A DNA stretch of 64,000 nt from Coriobacteriia bacterium (GCA_018368455.1 JAGZEG010000001.1:199276-263275); one strand, 5' to 3'; numbered from the stretch's first letter, positions 1 through 9,005 are shown. Notes: generated by a model not told the origin, from the sequence alone. Program-made: numbers and translations.

Positions 1-420
1 GGCGATGCCCGGGAACGACATGAGGATGTCAAGCAGGCGCATGATGACCTCGGACACGCCCTTGCGGCTCACGGCCGCCAGCGAGCCGATGATGGCGCCG
101 AGCACGAGCGCGAAGCCCGTGGCGCCCAGGCCGATGACGAGCGAGTAGCGCGCGCCGTACATCATGCGCGACAGGACGTCGCGGCCCTTGTCATCCGTGC
201 CGAACAAGAACTCGCTCGACGGCGGCTGGTAGGACTGGTGGATCTCGAGCGGGTCGTAGGGCGCGAGAACGTTTGCGAACACGGCGACGAGCACGACGAG
301 CACGAGAACGATCAGCGAGATGCGGGCGCCGACGCTCATGCTCTTCCAGCGACGGAAGCGCACCTTGCCGCCGGCGTTTGCCTCCATCTTTGCGGTGAGG
401 CCTTCACGTAGTTTAACCAT
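1..420 (-). CDS. ABC transporter permease, DppC/OppC-like (peptide/nickel family); 3' end cut by window edge
   Basis: ATG at 418-420 (minus), 4 nt after the stop of the upstream permease. My translation is MVKLREGLTAKMEANAGGKVRFRRWKSMSVGARISLIVLVLVVLVAVFANVLAPYDPLEIHQSYQPPSSEFLFGTDDKGRDVLSRMMYGARYSL, which shows the typical OppC N-terminal TM helix plus the LFGTDxxGRD motif. Absent from the ORF track because it runs off the window. Confidence 0.85.
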   Translation of the reverse strand, partial: MVKLREGLTAKMEANAGGKVRFRRWKSMSVGARISLIVLVLVVLVAVFANVLAPYDPLEIHQSYQPPSSEFLFGTDDKGRDVLSRMMYGARYSLVIGLGATGFALVLGAIIGSLAAVSRKGVSEVIMRLLDILMSFPGIA

Positions 421-424
421 GTCG

Positions 425-1381
425 CTACACCGTCCTGATTCGCGGATCGATCAGGATATAGAGCATATCCACGATGATGTTGATGATGATGAACGTGATG
501 GCGACGACGAGCACGACGCCCTGGACGAGCAGCGTGTAGCCGGCCTGGATGCCGTTGACGATCTGCATGCCCATGCCCGGCAGTGCGAAGATGACCTCGA
601 TGACGACGGCACCGCCGATGAGGTAGCCGATGCGCAGGCCGAGGACGGTAACAGGCGTGATGAGCGCGTTGCGCAGCACGTTGCGGGCGACGACGACGCC
701 CATGGGGATGCCGAAGCCGCGGGCCGTGCGCACGTAGTCCTTGTCGAGCTCCTCGACCATGGACGTGCGGATGACGCGCGTGAGCTGGCCGGTCACGGGC
801 ACGGCGAGGGCGATGGCCGGCATGGCCATGCGGCGGATCCAGCCGACTGGGTCGTCCATGAGGGCGGGAAGGGCACCGGAGGCGGGCAGCACGTGCAGGT
901 TGGCCGTGAACAGCAGGATGAGCAGGACCGCCAGCCAGAACGAGGGCATGGCGATGGCCGCGATGCTGAACACGCGGATGACCTGGTCAGGCCAGCGGTC
1001 GCGATACAGGGCCGAGATGACGCCGAGTATGACGGCGAACACGACGGCGATGATGAGGCCGAGGAACGTCAACTGCAGCGTGATGGGCAGCGCCGCCGCG
1101 ATGGCCTCGCCTACGGACTTCTGGCTCGCGCCATACGCGCCCAGGTCGCCGTGGAACAGGCCGCCCATGTAGTTGATGTACTGCACGATGAGCGGATCGT
1201 TCAACCCGTGGGACTCGCGGTACTCCTCGACCGCGGCCTGCGAGGCGCTTTCGCCCAGGGCGGAGTACGCCTGGTCTACGGGTGACAGCGCCATGAGGAA
1301 GAACACGAGCAAGGTCACGCCCAAGATCATGATGGGCAGCGCGATAAGCCGTCGACCTATCAGACGCAAGAGGTTGCTCAT
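425..1381 (-). CDS. ABC transporter permease, DppB/OppB-like
   Basis: ORF track 425..1423. Start trimmed to ATG 1379-1381, preceded by aagGGAGGAtgtc. Multi-TM BPD_transp_1-type sequence (MSNLLRLIGRRLIALPIMILGVTLLVFFL..., ...EELDKDYVRTARGFGIP...). Confidence 0.9.
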   Translation of the reverse strand: MSNLLRLIGRRLIALPIMILGVTLLVFFLMALSPVDQAYSALGESASQAAVEEYRESHGLNDPLIVQYINYMGGLFHGDLGAYGASQKSVGEAIAAALPITLQLTFLGLIIAVVFAVILGVISALYRDRWPDQVIRVFSIAAIAMPSFWLAVLLILLFTANLHVLPASGALPALMDDPVGWIRRMAMPAIALAVPVTGQLTRVIRTSMVEELDKDYVRTARGFGIPMGVVVARNVLRNALITPVTVLGLRIGYLIGGAVVIEVIFALPGMGMQIVNGIQAGYTLLVQGVVLVVAITFIIINIIVDMLYILIDPRIRTV

Positions 1382-1411
1382 GACATCCTCCCTTCTCCCA
1401 AATCGTGGCAT

Positions 1412-1447
1412 GCGCACCCACATGCCCCTCTTGGCACGTGGGTGCGC
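1412..1447 (-). other. Intercistronic hairpin between the SGNH gene and the permease genes
   Basis: Perfect 10 bp inverted repeat GCGCACCCAC (1412-1421) / GTGGGTGCGC (1438-1447) with a 16 nt loop, about 30 nt upstream of the permease start. No U-tract, so possibly an mRNA stabiliser or attenuator. Confidence 0.4.
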
Positions 1448-1607
1448 AGGTCAGCTGACATTCCTCCACGCATTCTACCTAACAAGGACGTCCCATACCA
1501 TTGCAAAGCCTTTACTTGTGCACCATTGCACGCACTCACGCGCAAAATAGCGCAATTCCAGCGCCTCTGCACACAAGCCCTAGCGGTGGGTTTGACGATG
1601 GGGCGTG

Positions 1608-2579
1608 CTAGAAACCCGAACGGGGCCGTGTACAGACGCAGTACCAGGCGTTTCCGGTCCCCTTTGCCCAGGGACACCCCACACACGCACGTCCCGGGCA
1701 CCAGTCGCGCGACGCCCACGCCTCGGCGCCTCCCGCGTCGGAGAAGCCCCAGCGTTCGTCGGCGACAAGGGCCTGCCGTGCCTGCGACTCGCCGGATACC
1801 TCGTCGAGGTTCAGCGCACGGGCGGCCTGGGCTGATCCCGCTGCTGCCATGCCGGCGAGGAACATGCCGGCAAGCTGGCGCATGCCACGCGCCGTGGGGT
1901 GCGTTCCGTCTATGGCCTCGTAATCCAGGCCCAGGGCGCAGGCATCAGCGAGATGGGCGCCATGGCGCGCCGCCGCCTGACCGATGACCTCGTTGTAGGC
2001 GGTAAGTCCCACGCCGCGCAGGCTCCATGCGAACGTTGGGTGATCCTCCCCTGCCAGGCGACCGGGCACGAGCGTGCAGCACCAGATCGTCGCGTTCGGG
2101 TACGCAGCGTGCAGGCTCTCGAGCATGAGGTCGTATGCCTGGGCGAAGCCGTCGATCGCGTCGGCGGACGCCATGCCGGCTACGGCGGGAGGGATGCTCG
2201 CGAGGTCGGTTTCGGGAGGCATGGCGGCGCTGCGGCCGGCGGCCTGGTTGCGCGCTCCAGCCCAGCCGTAGTCGTTTATGCCGAGGAAGACGACGATGTC
2301 GTCGGGCGCTGAGCCACCCTCCCCCGTCACGGCTGCTATGCGCTCGGGACTCCAACCGGCCGGGAAGCCCGCCCCCTCCACCATGCTGCCCGAATAGGCG
2401 CCGTTTGCGATCACCGTCTCGCCTAATGCGTCGGCAAGCAGCGCCCACCACGTGTCGGAGGGGCCCGCCAGCCCGCTTGCCGCGGCGCGCTCCGGCGTGA
2501 AGAACACGGCGAAGCCCTCGGGGTTGCATCCCTCGAACGTGCTGATGGAATCGCCGAATATCGAGATGGTGCGCGGCAT
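1608..2579 (-). CDS. SGNH/GDSL-family hydrolase (esterase) with Cys-rich C-terminal tail
   Basis: SGNH blocks seen: I FGDSIS, II NGAYSGS, III FLGINDYG, V DGTHP. ATG 2577-2579 preceded by AGGAGA. The tail ...WCPGRACVGCPWAKGTGNAWYCVC is unassigned. Confidence 0.8.
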   Translation of the reverse strand: MPRTISIFGDSISTFEGCNPEGFAVFFTPERAAASGLAGPSDTWWALLADALGETVIANGAYSGSMVEGAGFPAGWSPERIAAVTGEGGSAPDDIVVFLGINDYGWAGARNQAAGRSAAMPPETDLASIPPAVAGMASADAIDGFAQAYDLMLESLHAAYPNATIWCCTLVPGRLAGEDHPTFAWSLRGVGLTAYNEVIGQAAARHGAHLADACALGLDYEAIDGTHPTARGMRQLAGMFLAGMAAAGSAQAARALNLDEVSGESQARQALVADERWGFSDAGGAEAWASRDWCPGRACVGCPWAKGTGNAWYCVCTRPRSGF

Positions 2580-2604
2580 GGGCTCTCCTGTGGTGTCGTG
2601 GACG

Positions 2605-2646
2605 TCTCACACAAAGGGAGACCCGCCGACGTGCGACGGGTCTCCC
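2605..2646 (-). terminator. Intrinsic terminator/attenuator after the substrate-binding protein gene
   Basis: Perfect 10 bp stem GGGAGACCCG (2616-2625) / CGGGTCTCCC (2637-2646). On the minus strand it is followed by CTTTGTGTGAG. Confidence 0.55.
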
Positions 2647-2686
2647 AGTCAGGATCTATGAGGCCGCTCGGGACCTCGAGGGGCTA

Positions 2687-4249
2687 CTAGGCCTGCTTGA
2701 CGCTGCAGTCCAGGAACACGAGGCCCGTCGTGGCGATCGGCTTGAAGCCGTCGATGAGCTCGGGGCGATAGCCCGTGGCCAGGTCGCGGTGGAACAGCGG
2801 GTAGAGCGGCACCTGCTCGGACAGCAGGTCGAAGCACTGGTTCCACAGGTTCTGCTGGTCGTCACCCGTGGCGACGCGCGCCTGCTGCAGCAGATCCTGC
2901 AGCTGCGTCCACTCCTCGGTGCCCTTCCAGCAGGAGCGGCCCTGCGTCCACACGTTGTCGCCGTACCACCAGGTCATGAGCAGGTCGGGGTCGTTGCCGA
3001 AGCAGCTCGGGTCGCCGGGCGTCAGCATGACGTCGTAGGGCAGGATGTCGTCGGACTCGGCGAGAGAGGCCCACTGGATGGCCTCGGTCTGCAGCGTCGT
3101 GTTGATGCCCACGGCGTCCAGGTCGTTCTTGATCTGGGCGGACAGGTCGGAAACCCAGTTGTTGTTGCACAGCAGCGTGACGTTGATGGACTCCTGGCCG
3201 GCCTCCTTGAGCAGGCTCTTGGCCTTCTCGGGGTCGTAGGTGTACACCGTCGAGGCCTCGTGGTAGTTGGCGAAGCTCTCGGGCAGGAAGCTCTTCACGG
3301 CGTGTGCGTGGCCGTTCATGACGTTGGAGATGAGCTTCTCGATGTCGATGGCATAGAAGAACGCCTGACGGACGCGGACGTCGTCAAACGGAGCCTTCTT
3401 CGTGTTGAACATGAGGAACGGCAGGTTGAAGCCGGGGGCGTAATCGACCGTGGCGCCAAAGCCGGTCAGGGCCTCGGCGTTGGCGTCCGGCACGGCCTCC
3501 ATGACCTGAGCCGTGCCCTCCATGAGGGCCGTGGAGCGGGCCGTGCCGTCAAGCTGCACGTCCCAGTGCATGCTGGCGGCCTTGGCGGGCTTGGGGCCGT
3601 TGTAGTTGGGGTTAGGCTCGAAGTCGATGTGGCCGCCGTCCTCGCCCTGAATGTCGGTGTACATCCAGGGGCCGGAGCCGATGGGGGTCACGGCGAGGTT
3701 CTCGGGCGTGATGGACTTCGGGAAGACCTTCACGACGGCGAGACGCGCCTTGAGCAGGCTCTCGAACGCGTACTTCAGCGTGAAGCAGACCGTCTTCTCG
3801 TCCTCGGCCTTGACGCTGTCGATGAACGACAGGAAGGCGCCGTACGTCTCGTTGGCCATGTTGACCTCGAAGGCGTTGACGACGTCGTCAGCGGTGACAT
3901 CCGTGCCGTCCGAGAACTTGGCGCCGTCACGCAGGGCAACGTGGTACTCGGTGTCGGAGACCTTCTCGGGGTCGCCGGCGGCCAGGGCGGTATACGTCGT
4001 GTAGTCGTGGACGTCGATCTCGTACAGACCCTCGAACACGTGCCAGGTGGCACCGAGCATCAGGGCCGAGCTGCAGCCGATGGGCGAATAGTTCGTGCTC
4101 TGGTAGGCGCACGTGCCCGTCAGGGTGCCGGCACCCTGACGGGCACGTGCGGGTGTGGCCTCGAAGCCACCCTTGGCGAGCAGGGCAAGGCCGGCCGTGG
4201 CGGCGGTAGCGGCAACGAACGAGCGGCGGGACAGCGAAAGATCGCTCAT
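2687..4249 (-). CDS. ABC transporter substrate-binding protein, family 5 (peptide/nickel type), Tat-type signal
   Basis: N-terminus MSDLSLSRRSFVAATAATAGLALLA carries a twin-arginine motif. The SBP_bac_5-like segment HVALRDGAKFSDGTDVTADDVVNAF is present. 520 aa. Confidence 0.9.
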   Translation of the reverse strand: MSDLSLSRRSFVAATAATAGLALLAKGGFEATPARARQGAGTLTGTCAYQSTNYSPIGCSSALMLGATWHVFEGLYEIDVHDYTTYTALAAGDPEKVSDTEYHVALRDGAKFSDGTDVTADDVVNAFEVNMANETYGAFLSFIDSVKAEDEKTVCFTLKYAFESLLKARLAVVKVFPKSITPENLAVTPIGSGPWMYTDIQGEDGGHIDFEPNPNYNGPKPAKAASMHWDVQLDGTARSTALMEGTAQVMEAVPDANAEALTGFGATVDYAPGFNLPFLMFNTKKAPFDDVRVRQAFFYAIDIEKLISNVMNGHAHAVKSFLPESFANYHEASTVYTYDPEKAKSLLKEAGQESINVTLLCNNNWVSDLSAQIKNDLDAVGINTTLQTEAIQWASLAESDDILPYDVMLTPGDPSCFGNDPDLLMTWWYGDNVWTQGRSCWKGTEEWTQLQDLLQQARVATGDDQQNLWNQCFDLLSEQVPLYPLFHRDLATGYRPELIDGFKPIATTGLVFLDCSVKQA

Positions 4250-4539
4250 ACATCCTCCTCAGTCATTCAACCTCAGATAGAAAAGCGGCGCACGCGTAAA
4301 TCTCCGGTGCTCTCGCATCGTATTGCGAATCCTATCCCGTCACCTGCCGCTCGGCCAAACCTTTCCAGGCCTGAGAGGCCGCTCAGTCCGTGAGCGGTTG
4401 GCGTGCGGGTGGTGAGCGGGCAGCGCGACAGGAAAGGCACACGAACGTGAAGGGGCCGGCCCACGCCTGCGTGACGTGTGACCGGCCCCCATTTGCCCGA
4501 CACCGCTCTGCCGGGCAAATGCTTGCGTGCGAGTTGGCG

Positions 4540-6528
4540 TTACTTTCCGGCTGCCTGGGTCAGGCAGTCAACGACGGCCTGACGGACGCGGTTCGTCGTG
4601 AGCGTCGCGCCACTGACGCCGTCGATCTCGGGGCCGGCCGCTGCGATGACCTGGTCGGTGAGCTCGGGAAGGGCCGCGCCGCCGATGCTCGACGTCTCGT
4701 TGTTGCTGACGACTTCAAAGCCGGTGAGCTTGCCGCCGGAGACGGTGACCTTGACCTCCATCGGGCCCTGCTGACCGTCGACCGTGGCCGAGTACTCGCC
4801 GTCCGTGAGTTCCTGGCTCGTGTCGAACGTCGCGCCCTGGACCTTCTCGACGACGAACAGCTCGTCTTCGAGGATGTCGGCGGCAGGCTTGACCTCATAG
4901 CCCGTCGCAGGCGTCTCAGAGGCGCTGTTGGCGCCGGCGATACGGCCAAATGTCAGGCAGCCCATGACACCGGTGCCGCCGCTGACGAACTTGCCCCAGA
5001 TGTCGCCGACGACCTCGCCGGCGGCGTACAGGCCGGGGATCTGGTTGCCATCGGCGTCGAGCACGCTCATATTCGTGTCGCACTTGATGCCACCGAGCGT
5101 CATGACGACGAGCGCCTTGATCGGGATGGCGTAGAACTTGTCGCCCTCGATCTTGTTGTTGCACGTCTTGTAGCTGCTCGTGGAGTCGTCGTACGTGCGG
5201 CCGAACTCGTCGGTGCCGCCCGCCTCGACGGCGGCGTTGTAGTCCTCGACGGTCTTTTCGAGCGCGTCGGCCGGGATACCGAGGTCGGCGGCCAGGTCGG
5301 CGATCGTCGGCGCCGTGTGGATGAGCCAGTGGCCCATGGAGTCCTCGGGCGCGTAGAACATGTCGTAGAACATCGAACCCTTGGCGGCCTGCAGATCGGC
5401 GATGATCTTGTCGGTGAAGATGTCGTACTGCAGGGCGTCAGGCTGCTGGATGAGGGCCTCCTCGCGCACGGTCGGGCTCTCGTCGTTCTCGTTCATGAAA
5501 CGCTCGCCGTTCTTGTTGACGCAGATGGCGCCGGCCTTCCACATGTACGTGGACGCGATCTGGCCGTGGCCGGGGTTGTCCTGCTCCTCGAGGCCCATGG
5601 GGAACGAGGGGATGGCGTCCATGTTGACGAGCGTGCCGCCGACCTTCTGCATCATCTGCAGGCCGCGTCCGTCGCTCCAGGCGCCGCAGCCGATGAGGTA
5701 CTCGCCGCCGTACTCGTTGTACTTCGCCATCATCTTGCGGTTGCCGCCGTAGCCGCCCGTGCACATGACGACGCCGTGCGTGCCCGTGTACAGCGTGCCG
5801 GCACCGTCCTTGCCCGTGGCGACGACGGAACACACCTGACCGTCTGCGTTGGGGACGAGCTCGACGGCTGTCGCGTTGTAGACGACCTCGATGGCGTCAC
5901 AGCCCTGCACGTAGGTGTCGATGACCTCGTGGGCGGCCGACTTGTAGACGTCGGGGTTCTTCGTGCCGCGCGTCTTATACGTGCGCGGGATGCCGTACAG
6001 CTCGTGCTCCGGGGCGAAGACGGCGCGCTTGCCCTCCTTGTCGGCACTGAACTCGTAGTCCTTCAGGCCGTGATCCCACAGCCACTGGAACATAGGGATG
6101 TCCTGCTCGGCGTAGAGGCGCACCATGTCCTCGTCGAGCGTGCCGCCGTAGGCCGTGCCCGTCTTGATGATGTCGGCGACGTAGGCATCAACGGTGTCCT
6201 CGATGCCATCCTCCTTTTGGATGACGCTCTCGGCGCACGACATGGAGCCGCTCGTGAGGTTGAGCGAGCCGCCGGTCTTGCCCGTCATCTCGAGGACGAT
6301 GACGCGCGTTGCACCCGCGTCGACGGCGTTGACGGCAGCGGAAAGGCCGGCGCCGCCGGCGCCGACGACGATGAGGTCAGCCTGCTCGGTGGCATCGTAA
6401 GGCGTCTCGGTGGACGGCTTCTCATCGGCAAGCGCGAGCCAGGGCGTCGTGCAGACGCTGGCCATGGCAGCAAGCCCGGCGGCGCCGATGATGAAGCCGC
6501 GGCGGGAGAGCGCGTGATCGTACGACAT
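4540..6528 (-). CDS. Tat-exported FAD-dependent reductase (flavocytochrome c / fumarate reductase superfamily) with C-terminal FMN_bind domain
   Basis: Tat signal LSRRGFIIGAAGLAAMA. Dinucleotide fold DLIVVGAGGAGLSAAVNA. Family C-terminal segment IPGLYAAGEVVG. The last 90 aa or so form an FMN_bind-like domain with the flavinylation-type motif DGVSGAT. RBS AAAGGGGA lies before ATG 6526-6528. Confidence 0.85.
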   Translation of the reverse strand: MSYDHALSRRGFIIGAAGLAAMASVCTTPWLALADEKPSTETPYDATEQADLIVVGAGGAGLSAAVNAVDAGATRVIVLEMTGKTGGSLNLTSGSMSCAESVIQKEDGIEDTVDAYVADIIKTGTAYGGTLDEDMVRLYAEQDIPMFQWLWDHGLKDYEFSADKEGKRAVFAPEHELYGIPRTYKTRGTKNPDVYKSAAHEVIDTYVQGCDAIEVVYNATAVELVPNADGQVCSVVATGKDGAGTLYTGTHGVVMCTGGYGGNRKMMAKYNEYGGEYLIGCGAWSDGRGLQMMQKVGGTLVNMDAIPSFPMGLEEQDNPGHGQIASTYMWKAGAICVNKNGERFMNENDESPTVREEALIQQPDALQYDIFTDKIIADLQAAKGSMFYDMFYAPEDSMGHWLIHTAPTIADLAADLGIPADALEKTVEDYNAAVEAGGTDEFGRTYDDSTSSYKTCNNKIEGDKFYAIPIKALVVMTLGGIKCDTNMSVLDADGNQIPGLYAAGEVVGDIWGKFVSGGTGVMGCLTFGRIAGANSASETPATGYEVKPAADILEDELFVVEKVQGATFDTSQELTDGEYSATVDGQQGPMEVKVTVSGGKLTGFEVVSNNETSSIGGAALPELTDQVIAAAGPEIDGVSGATLTTNRVRQAVVDCLTQAAGK

Positions 6529-6755
6529 GTCATTCCCCTTTCACCTGCGCGTCGGCCCCCTTGGCCGACGGCGTATCTCAAAAGCGGCACCTGCGCTGAC
6601 GCGTGCGTTGGGTCGGGCGCTGTCGCAGCCTCGACCCTCCCCCGGCACCGTCCGGATAGCAGGGCATACCGCTTTCATCCTGAGCATAGACACATGGGGA
6701 ATGGCGCGGCAATAGTAAATCCGCAGGTTTTCTCGGTTTTTGCTAACATGCTGGC

Positions 6756-6772
6756 TCACCGAAAACCGGTGA
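6756..6772. promoter_or_regulatory. Candidate operator (inverted repeat) upstream of the reductase gene
   Basis: TCACCG-aaaac-CGGTGA, perfect 6 bp arms, about 230 nt upstream of the reductase start and downstream of the AraC gene. Confidence 0.2.
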
Positions 6773-6912
6773 TGACATAAATGGTAGCTCTGAGCTGCGG
6801 TGATGATGAGAAGACCTTATCCGGATCCCTACAGGCGTACCCACATGAGGGGATGTGCGAGCCGCTCAGACAGCGGTGAGATGTTGGGATGTCTCTGCTT
6901 TCGACTCGCGAC

Positions 6913-7938
6913 TCAGCGCTGGGCGCTTCGCCAGGCCGAGGGCGTCATGCCTGTTTTTGCGCGGAAGGCTTCGGTGAAGCTCCCCTGATTGCGGTAACCG
7001 ACGTTTTGGGCTACCTGTGCGATTGGGCAATCCGATGTTGCCAGGATCTCGCACGCCCTTTCTAGACGCAGGCGTCGCGTGTAACGCCCGATGCTCTCCC
7101 CCGTCTCTGCGTGGAAGGCCTCGCATAGATGCGTTCGACCTACGTAGAGCATCCGTGCGAGCTCGTCGAGAGAGATGGACTTGCTCAGGGACTTTTCAAT
7201 TGCCGAGCAGGCGCGTTCCACTAGCAGCCTTTGTTCGCGACTTCCGCGCCGTAGGCCGGCGCTCGAGGCCTGCGCTACGTGGTCGATCAAGATCGCAGCC
7301 ACTTCGAGAGCTGCGGCGCGAACCCGTAGCAGAGTGCCTGCGTCGTCTGCACGCGCGGCGTTGAGGTGGTGAAACGCTGCATCCAGATCTTGCGGCAAAC
7401 TTTCAGGGTCGAGTGCGCTCAGCCGCTCGGCAAGTAACGTGAAGCCCTCGTTGGCGTGTCGCGATCTTCTTTTCTGAGCGCACTGTAGAGCGCTGTCGAG
7501 GCTGTCGGTGATGAGGCCGTTTTCGAAAAAGTTCGGGAGAAAGCTGAGCGTGCACATGCTATAGCTCTGGTGAGCCTGCAGGTCGTAGCGCTCTAGCGCG
7601 CTGCCGCGAACAAAGGCGGCAAGGTTGCCTGTGGGAAGCATGTGACGGGAGTGGGCTCTTGGAGGCGTCTGCGCGATGGAGCTTGCCGTGCCACTGCATA
7701 TGCAAAGGCATGAACGCGGATATTCCACCATGCTTAGCGGGTTGTTGAGACGAACGTTGTTATATATCAGTAGGCAGTCGGGCCCTGCTGGAGCGGCCCA
7801 AACGCCTCCGCTGCAGAGGGGGCTGTCCGTGGCGATGACGCCGGAACGTACGGGTCGGGGCTCCATGCCGAGCTGCTCTACCTGCGGCTCGAACAACGTC
7901 AGCAGGCTCGTGTCTATATGTGCGTACGCGTGTGCCAT
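6913..7938 (-). CDS. AraC/XylS-family transcriptional regulator
   Basis: C-terminal double HTH: LDELARMLYVGRTHLCEAFHAETGESIGRYTRRLRLERACEILATSDCPIAQVAQNVGYRNQGSFTEAFRAKTGMTPSAWR. The N-terminal 220 aa or so are an unassigned sensor domain. Third-position GC looks lower than in neighbouring housekeeping genes. Confidence 0.85.
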   Translation of the reverse strand: MAHAYAHIDTSLLTLFEPQVEQLGMEPRPVRSGVIATDSPLCSGGVWAAPAGPDCLLIYNNVRLNNPLSMVEYPRSCLCICSGTASSIAQTPPRAHSRHMLPTGNLAAFVRGSALERYDLQAHQSYSMCTLSFLPNFFENGLITDSLDSALQCAQKRRSRHANEGFTLLAERLSALDPESLPQDLDAAFHHLNAARADDAGTLLRVRAAALEVAAILIDHVAQASSAGLRRGSREQRLLVERACSAIEKSLSKSISLDELARMLYVGRTHLCEAFHAETGESIGRYTRRLRLERACEILATSDCPIAQVAQNVGYRNQGSFTEAFRAKTGMTPSAWRSAQR

Positions 7939-8202
7939 GTGCTGTGCCTCTTTGCGGCTGCGGTATTCGTTCGCCTTTTTTCGCCGTGCGTTCGCTGACG
8001 AGCGACATCAAACCAACGGCGTTGAAAAAGCTTATGTTAGCCACGGTTTATTTGCAAGAAGCACGGGTGTGACGGCTAAATGTCCAGATGGTGCGAGCGC
8101 GTTCTGCTAGGCCCGTCAGGCCACCAATGCTAAGACACTCGCGCTGTGGCAGATATGCCGCTGCTGATCAGAACGACCTCACTCGATTGTTTGGAGGATC
8201 CA

Positions 8203-8958
8203 ATGGAACTTACGCGCAGGTCGCTGCTCTCTCTTGCGATGCTTGGCGCTGCCTCGCTTGGCATGACGCCGCTGCTTGCCCACGCTAGCGAGAAGTCCTC
8301 GCAGGACGATGCCGCTACGTCCGAGGGGGCCGTCGTGGCCGCACCCGGCACTCCTGAGGCTGCCGGGCAGCTTATGGAGGCGCTCAATGGCACGTATGTT
8401 GAGCTGTTCCCCGTGCTTAACCAATTCCCGGAGTATTGGGAGGAAGTCGCGGCTTCTATTGTGGGCGAGGCGGATGCCAAAGAGACGGCCGAGATGCTGA
8501 TGGGCGCGTGTGCGGGCGAGATATATGGGCCCGATGCCGTTGAGGCGTATGAGGCTGACCCGGAGTCTGCTGTGTTTGATTGCTATTTCCCCGAGGGGAT
8601 AGAGAAACTGACGTTTGAGGACGGGGCGATTCGCGGCGTCGATTCAAACGGCAATGCCGTGTTCGAGCACGGCTACGAGTTCCTCTGTTACGCACCGTCG
8701 CTCGATTTCTGCGTGTTTCAAACGGGCGACGAGGACGCCGGCGAGTATCGGTACTTTGTGTCGCGCTCCGATACCACGCAGGGGACCTATCACCTCGAGT
8801 TTAGGTTTGGCAGCGATATTGACGCGCTCCTCGACTTGTATGCGGGGGCGTACGCCTATTGGATGCCGGCTGCCATTGACGAAAACTGGGACGAAGATCT
8901 TGCGAAGAAGGGTATCGAGCTTTTCGTGACCGAGAACCTGGCGCCAAGCGAGGAGTAG
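8203..8958 (+). CDS. Tat-signal secreted protein, ZinT/YodA-like lipocalin fold suspected (metal-binding His residues not conserved)
   Basis: ORF track 8146..8958. Start set at ATG 8203, 4 nt after GGAGGA (8193-8198). N-terminus MELTRRSLLSLAMLGAASLGMTPLLAHA. By-eye similarity to E. coli ZinT (recalled sequence): IEKLTFEDG vs IEMIGIEDG, and YRYFVSRSD...YHLEFRFG vs KYIQFSDH...HFHIFMG. Confidence 0.6.
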   Translation: MELTRRSLLSLAMLGAASLGMTPLLAHASEKSSQDDAATSEGAVVAAPGTPEAAGQLMEALNGTYVELFPVLNQFPEYWEEVAASIVGEADAKETAEMLMGACAGEIYGPDAVEAYEADPESAVFDCYFPEGIEKLTFEDGAIRGVDSNGNAVFEHGYEFLCYAPSLDFCVFQTGDEDAGEYRYFVSRSDTTQGTYHLEFRFGSDIDALLDLYAGAYAYWMPAAIDENWDEDLAKKGIELFVTENLAPSEE

Positions 8959-9005
8959 CGCTTCTGCGCCGTGAAAGGCTTTGCAAGTTGGTAGACGCCT
9001 CGGAG

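Noticed and set aside
4440-4530. Hairpins downstream of the reductase gene (GGGGCCGG...CCGGCCCC at about 4452-4490 and ATTTGCCCG...CGGGCAAAT at about 4492-4521) as a riboswitch for the downstream ABC operon.
   Set aside because: There is no conserved riboswitch core that I can recognise. They are adequately explained as U-tract-poor terminator structures separating the reductase gene from the binding-protein gene.
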